64,000 nucleotides of DNA from Mizuhopecten yessoensis (lineage: Eukaryota), in assembly GCF_002113885.1 (NCBI RefSeq), contig NW_018408026.1, positions 45,391 through 109,390 on the forward strand. Reading direction: 5' to 3'. Under the pieces are notes generated by a model. It made no database searches, was not told where the DNA came from, and saw only the letters and a list, made by a program, of their open reading frames with translations. Below are positions 1 to 13,316 of this stretch, piece after piece; within the stretch, counting starts at the first letter, position 1; each line of letters opens with the position of its first letter. Both the position numbers and the translations under genes were made by a program.

Positions 1-249
1 AACCAAACTACAGGAGTTGGACAATACGACATGTTGTATAAACAAAACTACAGGAGTTGGACAATACGACATGTTGTATAAACAAAAAAACAGGAGTTGG
101 ACAATACGACATGGAGTATAAACAAAACTACAGGAGATGGACAATACGACATGGAGTATAAACAAAACTACAGGAGTTGGACAATACGACATGTAATATA
201 AACAAAACTACAGGAGTTGGACAATACGACATGTTGTATAAACAAAACA
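1..249. repeat. 40-bp tandem minisatellite (AACAAAACTACAGGAGTTGGACAATACGACATGTTGTATA), about 6 copies, truncated by window edge
   Basis: 40-nt periodicity visible directly; lies in an intron of the MARVEL-like gene. Confidence 0.95.
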
Positions 250-455
250 TGTGACATTATTACAGATTTAGTTTTGACACATTCATTTATTTATTTCACT
301 GTTTTAATAATAAAATATTGAATTAATTAATATAACAGAAAAATATAACACAATGAAATTTTGATGGCTATTTTTGCTTTATCTTTTTGCTTTAAGCCAT
401 TTAATGTTTTCCTTGACAATTTTTTACGTGTTTGTTACGCAAAGACAAAAATATG

Positions 456-508
456 CCCCCCCCCCCCCCCCCCCCCCCCCCCAGGGGGGGGGGGGGGGGG
501 GGGGGGGG
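456..508. repeat. C27-A-G25 homopolymer inverted pair
   Basis: 27 C, one A, 25 G. Confidence 0.9.
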
Positions 509-815
509 TTTAATCAACAACAACAACAACTACAAAAGACAAGGAACAAGACTAAAAATAATGTTAGGACAAAAAATGTAATTATTGTTGCATTGTTATT
601 TTGCCATTGTTCTTTTGGAGGCACAATAACTCAAAGGGAAATAATGAAGAGAAAGACAGACTCAAATTACCTACCATTTAACACATCACCCTTTTCTATG
701 TTTTTTGTATATAACATTATATCGCATACCGCTTTTCTAAGTTTGATTGAAAAAAATACGCCTCCATCATAAGCTGTTGCATTCGTATGTACCAGTAGGT
801 AGTAATTATACTTAC

Positions 816-968
816 ACAAGATGCTGCTGTCACTATACCTAAAGGACTCTTTACATAGCCTAAATTCAGCGGTATCGTAACAGCACCCACTTTAACATTC
901 CGAATATTAGGGTTTTCCGGCTCTGTATTTGGTTGTTGACTTTGGGTGTTGTTGTGATCTTCCATCAT
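816..968 (-). CDS. First coding exon of a MARVEL-domain (CMTM/plasmolipin-like) membrane protein; gene continues beyond left edge
   Basis: MMEDHNN...IPLNLGYVKSPLGIVTAASC resembles the motif preceding TM1 of MARVEL proteins; ends at GTAAGT donor (815); pyrimidine tract + CAG acceptor at 993-994; candidate 5' UTR exon donor GTAAGT at 1626. Confidence 0.65.
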
Positions 969-3513
969 TATTTGTTTTCAACGGAATAAATTCTGGAACG
1001 AAAAAAGAAAAGGCGGGGGTTAACAATAGCTACGTGTAGATGATTGTGACAAAATGTATATCATGATTCTAATATATATGCTGAATTTGTATTTGTCGTA
1101 ATATCACAGAAATACAGGGCCCGTAAGCGTGTAAACATTAAAGCCAGTATTCGACTTTAAGTCTCTTCATTTCTTTTCAAACTCATTGACAAAATTATAT
1201 TTTGACTGGGACTGAGCACAAAATCCATACTTGAGCATGAGAACGGTTTCATACTAATGTATGACGATATGTATTAAGAAAGATAACTCTCGTTCATAAC
1301 AGAGACATCTCCGCCCCCATCGAACCGAATTACGTGTATCCTCGTGACTGTATTAATACTACCATCCATTGTTTTGAAATTTATCATATACATTAATTAA
1401 ATGGCAACAAATACGTGATGGTATGTTTCATCTATAATCTTGCATTTACCATACCGTGGCTACACGGTAAATGACAAAGTGGTGGTTTACCCCTGATGCT
1501 TATCTGGGGTACATATGATGTTATACCATTCGTTATGCTCCCATATATCACATTATTGTACACCTAAATTAATATTTAGTTTGTTGAATACTTAATTAAA
1601 ACAAATATTCTTGTAAGTTGACTTACCATTCGGATCCCTGCTTTTTCCGATTGATATATCCTGATCTATTAGTAGTATTGTTTAGTTTACAGTACGGTAA
1701 CCGCTGATAACACTTTAGATAACGTATTCTAGTAAGATAAAATAGGAGATTCGTCTAGTGTGGGTTATAACTATAACATGCGCTATATAGGAGAATGTCG
1801 AATACTGTATACCAAAACAATGTCAATGTGTCACCAACCATTTACATATCGACTATAATATAACAATTTGAGTATTACCAACCATTATGATATTTTACTC
1901 AACCATGTTAAAATTCACATATCTGTGTAAACTATTGATAATGTGTTTAAGCTTGACCCGAGCAAAACTTTACACTAGTGATGATAAAGGTTAGTATTAT
2001 GTCATGATGTCAAGGGAATATCTGGTTACCGTGTTTGTTACATGCTCTATCCGATCTAACATTATTTGTAGAGTTGTGATATCGATTGTTGGTATGGTTT
2101 TAACTGTCATGTCATTTCTATTGACGTTAGCTGGTTAGTTTTGTGACCAACGTCATTTTTTTCAAGTTCTTCCGCTAGGAGTCAAATCTGGACTACAAAT
2201 TACCAGTTTAATTGTAGTGTTATATCGATTGAGCCGTTTAGTTGAGTACAGTGACAAGCTACCTGACAGTTTACCGAAATCCCCCTCCATAGGAAGACCT
2301 CGTCATCGAGTCTTCCGAAATACAACATTGCCTGTGAGAGCAACGTCAAGAAAACAATTGTACACAGTACCCAGGTTCCTACGCATCTCATCAAGGTCAC
2401 CTTTTTACAAGGTGCTCTGCGATCAGGATAAAGGAGAATTATCTGTAGTTGGGTGAATCAGTGAAACGCTAATTGATAAGTACATCGCTGGACAGTTTAA
2501 ACACCGACAAAAAATATATCAGAGGAGGAACCCAGCTTACCTCTTACGTAAATTCTTTCAGATTGATTAGCCCATACAAATTAAACAATGTTACATTAAA
2601 TAGGTAGAATTCCAGCAAACATTTTAGTGGCGTGTGGAAGTAAGATTATTAATGTACACCAAGATTGTTTAAAAAACTGTTTTACAGACTCGGTAATCAT
2701 TCAATCGCACGTGTCGATGGAAAAAGACTTGATGTGGGATGTTCCATCTAATTATCACAGATGAAAAAGTAACAAAAATGGAGAATCACATCGCCTTTGT
2801 CATACAGAATTTAATTCTAAAGACGTCATTGACCTCTCTTAATCAGCTTAATTGTATCATGATTTTTAGCTGCAGTATAACAGTTAATAGTGATTACTTA
2901 GTTTCCAAACTCTATGAAAAAAGGCGATGAGTTTAACTATCGTTTTACTAGGCCAAACCTGGAACTCAACAAAGCTTACTCTTTGTATAACAATTTTATG
3001 GAGGATAGATGCAGTTTACTATAGCTAGAACGTAGAGGTGCTTTAATCTACTCTGGACAGAAGTACTTCAAGGGTCAAGACGGATTATTTCGATAAAAAA
3101 TCAACTAAAATATAGCGCCGGTATATTGTCGTTCATAATTTAGCTATCGTTGTTGTTGTTGGTCAAAACAATGTAAAGGGAAATACTGTAGATTTAAATG
3201 ACACATATTAGGCACCATATAAGACAATATTGTTTTCACCTTCCCTTCATATGGAATGTAATAAAACGGCTTAATTCATAATAAGATTGAGTATTCACAA
3301 AAAACTGCAGCATTATTGTAAACATGTAACCCTGTACAACCTACCGACCAACCAACCGACCGAAACTTGTTTAAGTATTTAACTTTGATTTGGATAAACG
3401 CGTTCTGTTGCTATACTATACACTATAACAAATTTAGTCGGGGTTTTCTACCAGAGAAACTCTTATATACGCTATATAAATGCTACGTTAATAACCATGG
3501 CATGACTATCAAC

Positions 3514-3749
3514 TACTGTGAAATAACATATTTTTGTGGGGCCTTAATTTCGTGGCTTCCCTACACAATTAATTAATTCATGGAATACGAGTTTAAATTC
3601 AAAATGAGAATTGTTATCAATCACACTTGTAATTGCTTTGTAATTTTATGAATACGTGAATGTAGATTACCCACGAAATCAACGAAATTAATATCCCAAC
3701 GAAAATGAAATGTCATTATCTGCCATGATACAGGACCTGTTCACAGTGT
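3514..3749. mobile_element. Degenerate MITE-like element
   Basis: Begins (T)ACTGTGAA, ends TTCACAGT; internal TTTCGTGG/CCACGAAA inverted motifs. Confidence 0.4.
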
Positions 3750-4295
3750 CTTGGATTTGGCGTGGTATATCTTGACGGGTGCCTGACGTGGTGAAGGGAA
3801 TGTTTCGTACATATCTTTTGCCTCAATTTAAGGAGGGGTTCCTGATTTGTTTGATTTAGATTTGGTGTCAACTCAATTTATATGGCCCTTAATTGCATGG
3901 TGTGTATGTTGTCCTTGAGTGTTGAGATGAGGTATCTTTTTTGACGTTGATTGTTTAAATTTTGGTATATGTTTATCCTCTTGAATGATATGTGTAGTTA
4001 TTGTGTATCTACACTGTGGTGTAGTTGTATGCCTGTGTCATTATAGTCGATGTTATCGAATCCAAGATAACATAGATTGTAAATTAATATTTATCTTTCT
4101 ATAAACACATAAAAGCATTGTCACTTAAATAATGATTCGCTAGGACAATGATATTACAGAGAATCTATCTACGGATACATACACATACATATAAATGTGT
4201 ATTGATTTAGGCAATATAAATATATAAAATATCTATATAAATTTAGATAATTTACTTCATTTAATGAACAATAGATGATTTACAAAGGGAAAAAA

Positions 4296-4772
4296 GTCCA
4301 ATATTTCGGCCTCCTGGCCTTCTTCATCACAACCTAGTTCGTAGGTCGTCTCAAAGCGGTTCATAAATTATTATCCGTGTTTATAGGCCCTTTGCAACCA
4401 GCCAATATCGTTCTCAACTCCCTGGGGAGCATACAGCCGGGGCTGCCATTTCGGCGCTGACAGCTAGAATTCTACAATTCTAGCACTGCCAAACCACGTG
4501 CTCATTTACAGCTGTGTAGACTGGAACAAGTCAATGGTTGTTTTAAGTAACGTCAATCTTGCTTATTCGGAGGTACACATGACGTAATAAAAGCAGGCCG
4601 TCATAAATGACTTCGTGCTATTTTTGACATCATGTAGTCAACGAGTCATTGTGCGTGACGTCATACATTTGTACATCATTTCCTGTAACTCCAAATAAGC
4701 AAGATGGACGTTACTTGAAAGAACCGTTGACTTTCGCCATTGAAGAAGGCAAGGAGACCGAAATATTGGGAC
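4296..4772. mobile_element. Nested repeat: outer ~31-bp inverted repeats enclosing a SINE-like fragment and an inner MITE
   Basis: 4296-4326 GTCCAATATTTCGGCCTCCTGGCCTTCTTCA is the near reverse complement of 4741-4772. Confidence 0.65.
4528..4733. mobile_element. MITE with ~45-bp terminal inverted repeats
   Basis: AAGTCAATGGTTGTTTTAAGTAACGTCAATCTTGCTTATTCGGAG pairs with CTCCAAATAAGCAAGATGGACGTTACTTGAAAGAACCGTTGACTT. Confidence 0.75.
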
Positions 4773-4869
4773 TTAGAGTGACATTTTTTTGTTCGGTATT
4801 TTTATTTCATTTAGATTCAAGATGATATCCATCGATCTTGTCTTCCTTGTTCGTGTGACATAGGTCGAA

Positions 4870-5357
4870 CGTCACTGTACCCAAATCGGGACACTTTTTA
4901 GATAAATATCAATGTTCTTTATACCATACAATCAGTTTAAAAATAGATACTATCCACCTTTCATTTCTATTACAAGTTGATATTTCGGGTGCGTGGTTCC
5001 ATAAATAAAACGCAAAATACCATCAGGGTTACGTAGGCTCTTGAACCGGCGTAACTGTACCCTGAAAGGGACATTTCGGTATTTTGGCTAATATTTGGGG
5101 ATAAACGATCAATATAAGCAGAAAAGAAGTCATATTTCAAATATTTTAGAGTCAAACAAGGTTATGATTAAATTTCATATTCCATGTAAGGATAGACAGC
5201 AGACAATAAATCTGACATACAGTAAACTTGTCATACAAGTATTATCAAATGAAAACTGTATACATAAAAGTACTTCTTTGCATTGAATGACAGTTTCTTG
5301 GGCCGTTTTCCAATAAGTGTCCCGTTTTGGTACTGTCCCGATTTGGGTACAGTGACG
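4870..5357. mobile_element. Non-autonomous DNA transposon (MITE, Tc1/mariner-pogo-like)
   Basis: Perfect 24-bp TIR CGTCACTGTACCCAAATCGGGACA / TGTCCCGATTTGGGTACAGTGACG; TA at right flank; subterminal repeat. Confidence 0.8.
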
Positions 5358-6003
5358 GTAATGTCTGTCTTTATACACGAACAGAGAAGATATATAGACA
5401 CAGCGTTTATATATTTAAAGTGATAGTAATCATTACCTTATTTTTAATAAAAAAAAAAAGACTTGATTGAAGTCAATATTACTACCCATGCTAAACCGTT
5501 AGTCTTGTCCTATTGTTAAGCATATTCTATGTAATTGCCAGCTAAATCAATTAAATGCTTTACCTCTGATGAACTTTCCAGACTATTTAGAGCTACATAT
5601 TGTATGGTATATTTACACAAATGACCCAGTGACCCGACTTATCCAACATAGATATTTGTCGGACCATCATTTCTATCTGATGGGGTAACTGGTCGAGTAT
5701 TAGATAATTAAGTATTTATACCATCGCGTGTTTACTTCATCAAATTATTAAACGTTTTATATGTATATTAAAATACATATCAACCTTCAAAAACTCTCAA
5801 ACTAATATATTTTGTTATAAAATTTCATAACTAAGGAAGTGTTGTGTCAACATAACCTAGATCATTTGAATATAAACATGCATTGATTAAATGCAGGTTA
5901 CCATAATGATATCAAATGTACAATATTTACAACGCTAAATCTAGTACTAACGTAAGGTACATAAATACCATCTGTATACATTTATATGACCAATAGGGAC
6001 GGT

Positions 6004-6445
6004 TTACTGCAAAGCTTAAAGACAAACGGGGCGAATTCTCTTTCTATAGCATGACTTTTCCCTTTCTTGATAGCAACAATCCTGCTTCCGTGTTTACATG
6101 TCGCACTTGATTCGGTACTCAAGAGCTTGCTTCACATATCACGACATGCGTATAAGATGTCGACTGCTGACGGACAAACTTACAAAACAGGATTTTAAAA
6201 GATGTAGGTTAATGAAAACAATAGACCAGTTTTATTGTTAGCCATCAGAATTTTGCAGAGAAATATGCTATTTCTTTGTGTGATATGAAGTTCAATTTTT
6301 TTTTTATTAGGTTCATTAGAGTGTCTTGTGGTTTTGTAGTTACAAATGTACTACCCGATATTCGACTTTCGACTTAAAGTTACATGGCGGGCGCCATAGA
6401 TGAAGCAGAAGACGTTTACCCTTCCGGAACACCTGGCCTTATTTT
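6004..6445 (+). mobile_element. Decayed Penelope-like retroelement fragment (RT C-terminal region plus 3' portion)
   Basis: Conceptual translation KLKDKRGEFSF..FPFLDSNNPAS/VYMSHLIRYSRAC..RLLTDKLTKQDF resembles the YDKRDDFxF..FPFLxSNIP..YGVYISQLIRYxRAC motif; frameshifted. Confidence 0.65.
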
Positions 6446-7792
6446 CCTTGTTCTTTTTCATCGGTCTCAATGTAAATCCATCCAATGTTAATATTTTGCC
6501 AAAGATTTATGAGTTCGAATAATATTTTTTGTTGAAAATTCGAAATTCTTTTGCTGTGTTTTAAATGGAAAACTACAGATAAAAATCAATTACTCAAAAT
6601 GCTAATTAGGAACCCGTTTGTCGATTCAGCCAAATGAAGTAAGCATTTTGCTGCATCATTTCCTAGCCATTTCGTTCATTTAGGACATATCAGCGAACAC
6701 AAGTTGTTTAACCAACTGTCTAAATGTCTACGTTTGTCTTATAGACGAGTCGGGTACAGAAAGTTAGAAGCTTATACAATTGATTAATTATTAGCCGCAG
6801 TAGCTTTGAAATCATCAAGAAAATGCTGAATTTGTAACAAATAAAGCAATGCGTCTCAATTGAAGTGTTCCTCGTGTTTACATTGGCGGTCAGGTCCTAG
6901 GGACGTCACTTTTCTAAAAATATTTTGTTAGAGGTGTCAATTAAATAAGTCTGCTGAACTAATTATCAAAGATATTTAGGAATATGATAAAAGAAATAAG
7001 TCAACATTTTCAATATCTCTCATGCGAGCCGTCACCATGCGATGTTTTACAATAGGCGAGTATGCAGCCGAAAACTGCTGTATTATACAAAATATACACA
7101 TGTATTGTAATTTATGTTTTGCACTTGAGTGAATGGCATAATTAACATAAATGAGCTAAATTTATGAATAGCTATCGATATAACATTTTAACTATAACTA
7201 AGCCAAAGGGGATGGGTAGAAGGACACTAATATCAAATGTAAACATTCTTATTCAAAACAATGATATTTCACAATATATTTAAAATATTTAAAGTATCTG
7301 CATGCTTTCAATAACAACAGAATTGTATACATACTTCTATAGATAAATTGTCTTAGTAAATATGAAATCGCACTAGCGCTTCGTCCTCGATAACAGCATC
7401 CTTACATCTTACTTGAAATATGCATCTCATTGTACAAGGTAATAGGTCACCTATATATTGACACTTTGAGCCCGTTCTAGCCCGCGCTATCACCGTTATC
7501 GCTAGTGCTACACCAGTACCAAACACCGGCCAGATTTTGACCGTGCGTTGATATAGATGTACTGTACCAATCAGCCCATTCATTACCTCTGTCACACGCG
7601 GACCCTAAGACGTGTGCAGGGACTCCGAGAGGCTCAGCCGTTGTAGACCACACTTTTTTACAACACAAGATATTTAAGTATTGTATTAAGAGATATTATT
7701 CCATTGAGGTGGTGCATACGATATCGGAACTACGCCATTGTAATTAAGTTTAAAACAAGCTAAAATAATAGAAATAAACATTCCTGTGTAAA

Positions 7793-7864
7793 ATGAACGG
7801 ACTACAAAAATCGGGTTATCTACAGGTGAAGCAACCATCAAATATAAAGGGACGCAAGCTCAAG
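7793..7864 (+). CDS. DOK/IRS-family docking adaptor, exon 1 (PH domain start)
   Basis: ATG...MNGLQKSGYLQVKQPSNIKGRKLK then GTAAGC donor, phase 0; joins in frame to TWKTKWGIL of exon 2, a typical PH beta1-beta2 pattern. Confidence 0.75.
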
Positions 7865-8669
7865 GTAAGCTTACCGAATACAGTTTTACTTTCATGTTTT
7901 TTCACATGATAGTATTGGTTCTGATGTGTCTGTATATGGGAGTCCTTGTACATTTTGTTATATTTCAAATTAATTTTGTTAAGTTGGTTAGAGGATATTG
8001 CATTAAAGAACAAAGAAGCTTACAGAAGAAAGTATCCATTATGTTGTTATGAATAAGGTATTCAAATGTTTTTCTCGGCAATAGTTGTGTTATGATGATT
8101 AATTTACATAGTAAATGTCCTAATGTTTCATTTACTAATGTACTGTTATAGATATAATTAAGGTATGTATATGTCCACCTATATTGATAATGCCACTTTA
8201 TATAAAAATATGAATATATCATCATATACTACCAGTTATATTAATAATACATGTGTGCTATTGGTTGGTGAAAATAAACGAAATCTAAATAAAGTATGTT
8301 AAACACTTATTTAATAGTTCATCAAGATGTAAAGGTGTCATGCATGTTCTATTTCATTTTATTTCTTATTCTTACATTTTGATATCAACATAAAAATCAC
8401 AAAATAATGTGAACTAGCATACATGATTTTTATTTTAGCAATAGTTATGTTAAAGATTATGTCATTAATTTGTCGTTAACATAAATTAAAAGTGTGGATT
8501 TCACATGCTAGCTGCGATACAGAATTCAAAATATCACTTTAAACGTCACAAAATAGAAGTGTATTCTGAAAGAATAGACTCATATTTCATTAAGACAGTT
8601 ATCATTAAAAGTCCTATAATTGTTAACTGTATAGCACACTCACCTTATAATGGTTGTTTGTCTGCAATA

Positions 8670-8901
8670 GTGTAAAAAATTAAGGGGATGCAGTTGATTT
8701 TAAGGATTTTATTTTAAAAAGTGTATAATTGTTTACGTATATAGGTGTTTTTCGAAGATGAAGTTGTTTTTTAAACAATAGAACTGTGTAAAAAATTAAG
8801 GGAATGCAGTTGATTTTAAGGATTTTATTTTAAAAAGTGTTTAATTGTTTATGTATATAGGTGTTTTTCGAAGATGAAGTTGTTTTTTAAACAATAGAAC
8901 T
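8670..8901. repeat. 116-bp direct tandem duplication in intron 1 of the DOK-like gene
   Basis: 8670-8785 and 8786-8901 nearly identical. Confidence 0.9.
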
Positions 8902-11900
8902 ACAAATAAGCCAACATTTAGCAAGTGTTCTTCTTTGTTATTGTTTGACGTCACAATTGTCATGACGTAATCACCATACGTCAAAGTTATGATCTCATGA
9001 GTTTAAACAAGATGTGTCTTGTTTATACAATGAACATATGTGATTAAATCTAACATCAGACACCATGTACCAATGTTTCAATTCCTCATACTAGGTACGT
9101 CAATACCTATGTTTATTGAATACTATAATTGTGTTTCTACAATCATTTAGGTATGTTGACACAAACATTGGTAAATAAAACCCTTAAAACATAGTAAGTT
9201 CAAACATTTATCTTTGAACGTAAATACTCAAAACAAGAATGACGCGTTAGTAAGCATGTAGAATTACAATGATATAACAGATATCTACGATAATGAAATA
9301 AAGTACATAATTACAGACGTTTGATGACGATATGTTGAGACGCAGCCCTTTAGAAGTTTATACATATGGTGATAAAGAGAGGTCAATAAATCAAGATGTA
9401 GGCTGTGGGTATTACTGATGTACTTACCAGATAGCCGGCTTGGTGTAAATGACTCCCGAACTTCTCAGTATAAGTACGGCAGTACTGGGATAGTTACACA
9501 CATTCATATGACTACCCGATTGTCGTATGACTCATTGTTACGACGGGTACTTAGATCATTTTCAAAGTTAATATTCCTTTATGTGGGTACGTAGATTGTG
9601 TCATCAAAGATGAGAGCGATGGGATGTATGCTTGTCGAGTTTTTCCATCATTATGGAATTTTGAAATCTCTTGTACTTTTCCCGCATAAGATCGAATATT
9701 TCAAATTGATAGAATTCGTCTTATAATAAAAGAGGAAAAAATAATATCGAATTTTAAACATAACCTAGTTAGAACTCTAATCTGATAAACATGGAAGAAA
9801 ATATAATCAAAGGAACTATTTACATGAACTATTTAGAAAAAGGACAAGGAGACCAAGACCACGTGTACCGGAAGGCATAGCGTGGTTTGTTTCTGGTAAA
9901 CAGTCGCTTTGTGAATCTACTTTCATTTTCTAAATGTTAGAGCTAGGGTTGTAACGACGTTAACACATAACATGCTCATGAGTATAATAAAAATAAGTCG
10001 ATATTGATATGCACAATGCAATATCATATTTCCTAGGGAGATCATGATGACGACAAAACCAATTACACATTTTCTAATTAAGTTACAGTAGTCATTAACA
10101 GTCAATGTAAGCTTAAAAACGGATACTATATCCTCTATGTTTCATAACAGCAAAACATATTCGAACTAAACTAAACAGTGCAAAAAGGTAGGAAATTGGA
10201 AAAGAGAAGATATGAAAATTAAAGTCACACAAGGGGAACATATAGATAGAAAGGAAAGAAACAGAAAGGAGAAAGGATAGAAGCAGAAAGGATAGAAACA
10301 GAAAAGATAACAATACAAGTCTCAGCTGTTGAATAATCAATGTTTCCCAAGCATATGATAGAGAAGATTATCTCGGATGGCAGAAGGTTCCACATTAGTC
10401 GCCTTCTACTATCATACAGTTCTTTGATATCGCCAACCATGCACATGTAATTTCTACCCTAATGAGATATTTGATACTGATTTAACTAGATGGCGGATGT
10501 CAATGTCACAATATTTAGTATCAAATGTCAAGGTTATGTATTCAACAAAAAATAAAATATGTCATTACATAACACTTACAATATGGTCAGAAATAGCACA
10601 TCACATCATGACAATGACGTCAGAATGTTATAATGAAAAACAAAATAATTGTTTATGAAACGCATGTGATATCAATTAGAGAGAACTGGATAAGGGGTAC
10701 CCCTGTAATGGTGCATGTCGTTTCCTCAATGTAACTGGATATATCAGACTAGGATAAGGACAAGGATGTGTATCCCTCTACCGTCACACTCAAACATTAT
10801 CTTAATTCTCTCTACACGTATCATTTATATAAGACGATATGCTCATAATTGAAACCTTTGTTATCAACAGATTGTGAGCTAATGCAGTGGTTACCCATAG
10901 AATATACAAAACTGTCACGTACTATATATATTTAGTATATATCAACTATCTCAAATGGTCATGTTACGGAAAACACGCTGTTCTTTTTATATTTCATTGT
11001 TGTTTTATGTATGGTATATTAAGCCATTGTCTGGGTCCTTTATACAAAAATAACAGAGCGGATTGCTCCAAAATATCGGCTTAATGTTGTCCAAACTGTC
11101 GACATCACTGTAAACATTGATATTTTGGAGGACACTTTATTTTTCTGTGATATGATGGGATACATCGTGATAAGTGCCACATGTGTTAAAGATGTTTTTC
11201 TCCAGATTTTTTTCATTCTGTTTTTTTGTATATGCTTACATAATTTCTGTCTCATATCGGCTACGAGTTTGGATTTCTTGTGTTATGCATTAGAGCTGTT
11301 TTATTATAATTTACTGAGAAGAGAAAGGTTATAATATACATGTTAGTGTAAGAGTGTCCTTCAAGTCAGGATATTAATTGCGATCATTTAACCATTCATA
11401 AAACAGCAAGGTTATGCATGTACACTGATTTGTGTTTTATCATACAATGGGACCAAAGTACACAGAGCTTGATGGTGGTCGTATCGTAATATACATATAA
11501 AGTGCTATCTAAACCACTTACTGATAACGTGATAACACATCTACGTCAGCGGAGATAGATCAGGCAGTTCCTGCTACATAGGGACCACACAATACAGTTT
11601 ATCATATTGTTCAAACGAAAACCTTTGTAGTCATTTGCTATTTTTTCTGGTTGTTTAAATAATTTCCATTTCTAAAGTTTTTCTCATATAAGATTTTGTC
11701 ACTTTAAAAATAAAAGTATTTGTTATTATTTATCATCATTTATTCATATATAAATGAAGTTCAATAGGATTAAACGTTTGACAAAATAAAAGTGTTATAT
11801 TTGTAAAAACAGCACAATGCATGGTTCATGAACCACTTACTCTTTAATACATTATATCAATCAGCTCAATCGAATCATTTCCATACAAACGTTGGAAAGG

Positions 11901-12047
11901 GTTTGATATAGCTTGGAAATAAAACGTATGTTTAATCCGTATCTTCAGTAAACTGAATAATCTCATTTATACGTAAATTTATACTGTATACATTTCACGT
12001 AACGTGAGTTTAAATTGTATTTTAAGATCGGAGTATTTATGCTTCAG

Positions 12048-12354
12048 ACATGGAAAACGAAATGGGGTATTTTGCACAAGATGAGCAACATCTCCGAAGG
12101 GACATTTGCTGCCAAATTAGACCTATACCCTGACGAGATCTCCGCGGCCACAGTATCACAGGACAAACAAACCTATATATTTGAAAATGTCTCGTGTATC
12201 CAGTCTGCCAATTCGAAGACCCACAAATGTGCGTTTGAGATTGTTGAGACATACCCACTGATATGTCTTGCATCCTTGATCGACGAAGAAACACTGGAAT
12301 GGGCCAAAGCTTTCCAGTACATTTTCTGGCCACCTCCGGGTCCAGATGGTGAAG
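12048..12354 (+). CDS. DOK/IRS-family docking adaptor, exon 2 (PH domain)
   Basis: TTCAG acceptor; TWKTKWGILHK...AFEI...EETLEWAKAFQ with the conserved PH helix Trp; donor GTAGGT, phase 1. Confidence 0.85.
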
Positions 12355-12681
12355 GTAGGTAAGCATACTTGTGGTCAGCTTGCGTCCTGCGTTGCTCGTT
12401 CCTTGAACAATACGTCTTAACGATATTATTAATGTAAAAGTTACAGCATCCTAAAAATCGGTTTCTGTATTAAGTTTTATCAGCCACCCAATTATTACTC
12501 TTTGTTTGAAAGTTTAAGTACATCATGTACTTTGTACAAATCGGACTTTTGTTGTTGAATTTGATATACCACATAATGAATCTTTGCAGTCATTACAAAC
12601 CAAATTTGTTGTGCGAGCTTTAGGATTCATTGCTTTTTAAAATGTAGATGAAATTGTTAACACGAGGAAATTCTATTGTAG

Positions 12682-12883
12682 ATTTGTTCCAAGTAATAAT
12701 TGAAGAGAACGAGGACTCCAGGAAATACTCCCTAAGCGGTGAATACTGGATGCTCCTTTCGCCACAGGAACTAAAAATCAAGGCAATGTCAAAGGCTCAA
12801 ATGTTGTCATGGAAACTCAGCAATCTGAAAAGATTTAACCTGGATCAAAGCAACTCCAAAATACTCATCATAGAATCAGGAGC
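12682..12883 (+). CDS. DOK/IRS-family docking adaptor, exon 3 (IRS-type PTB domain)
   Basis: TGTAG acceptor; FQVIIEENEDSRKYSLSGEYWMLLS...LSWKLSNLKRF...IESG matches the IRS-PTB pattern; GTAAGT donor, phase 2. Confidence 0.85.
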
Positions 12884-13316
12884 GTAAGTATATAATCTAG
12901 ACATATGACGATATCAAATGTTCATGGATGTATAGCCTGATGTTCAGAAGTAATTATACACACAATATATTCAAACCATAACATTTGCTGCACTTTCAAC
13001 TGACTATATGAAATATTTTACATACATGTTTGATTATAACGATTACGGTGAACTAGTAACAGTAGCCTGCGTTGCAACTATCATCGCGAATATATACGAC
13101 TATCATATACTATAGCACTTATCAATTTTTGCAATCATGTAATGCAATCTCCGCCAATTAGAGAAAATATCGTTCCCGCAAAAATTACCGACTGCACGGT
13201 AAAATGTCTATTTAAATGTATTCCATATTTACTATATTATACACTTATGGTTAAAGCCGAACAAAATCCTAGAATAAAAAAAGGCAGATTTGTACGTTCC
13301 GTTTCTTTTCTTACAG

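Noticed and set aside
374-772. 132-aa ORF with polyP/polyG/polyQ
   Set aside because: Non-ATG start; composition comes from homopolymer and CAA runs in an intron
2217-2456. 79-aa protein-like ORF between the MARVEL and DOK genes
   Set aside because: No ATG, no recognisable domain and no partner exon identified
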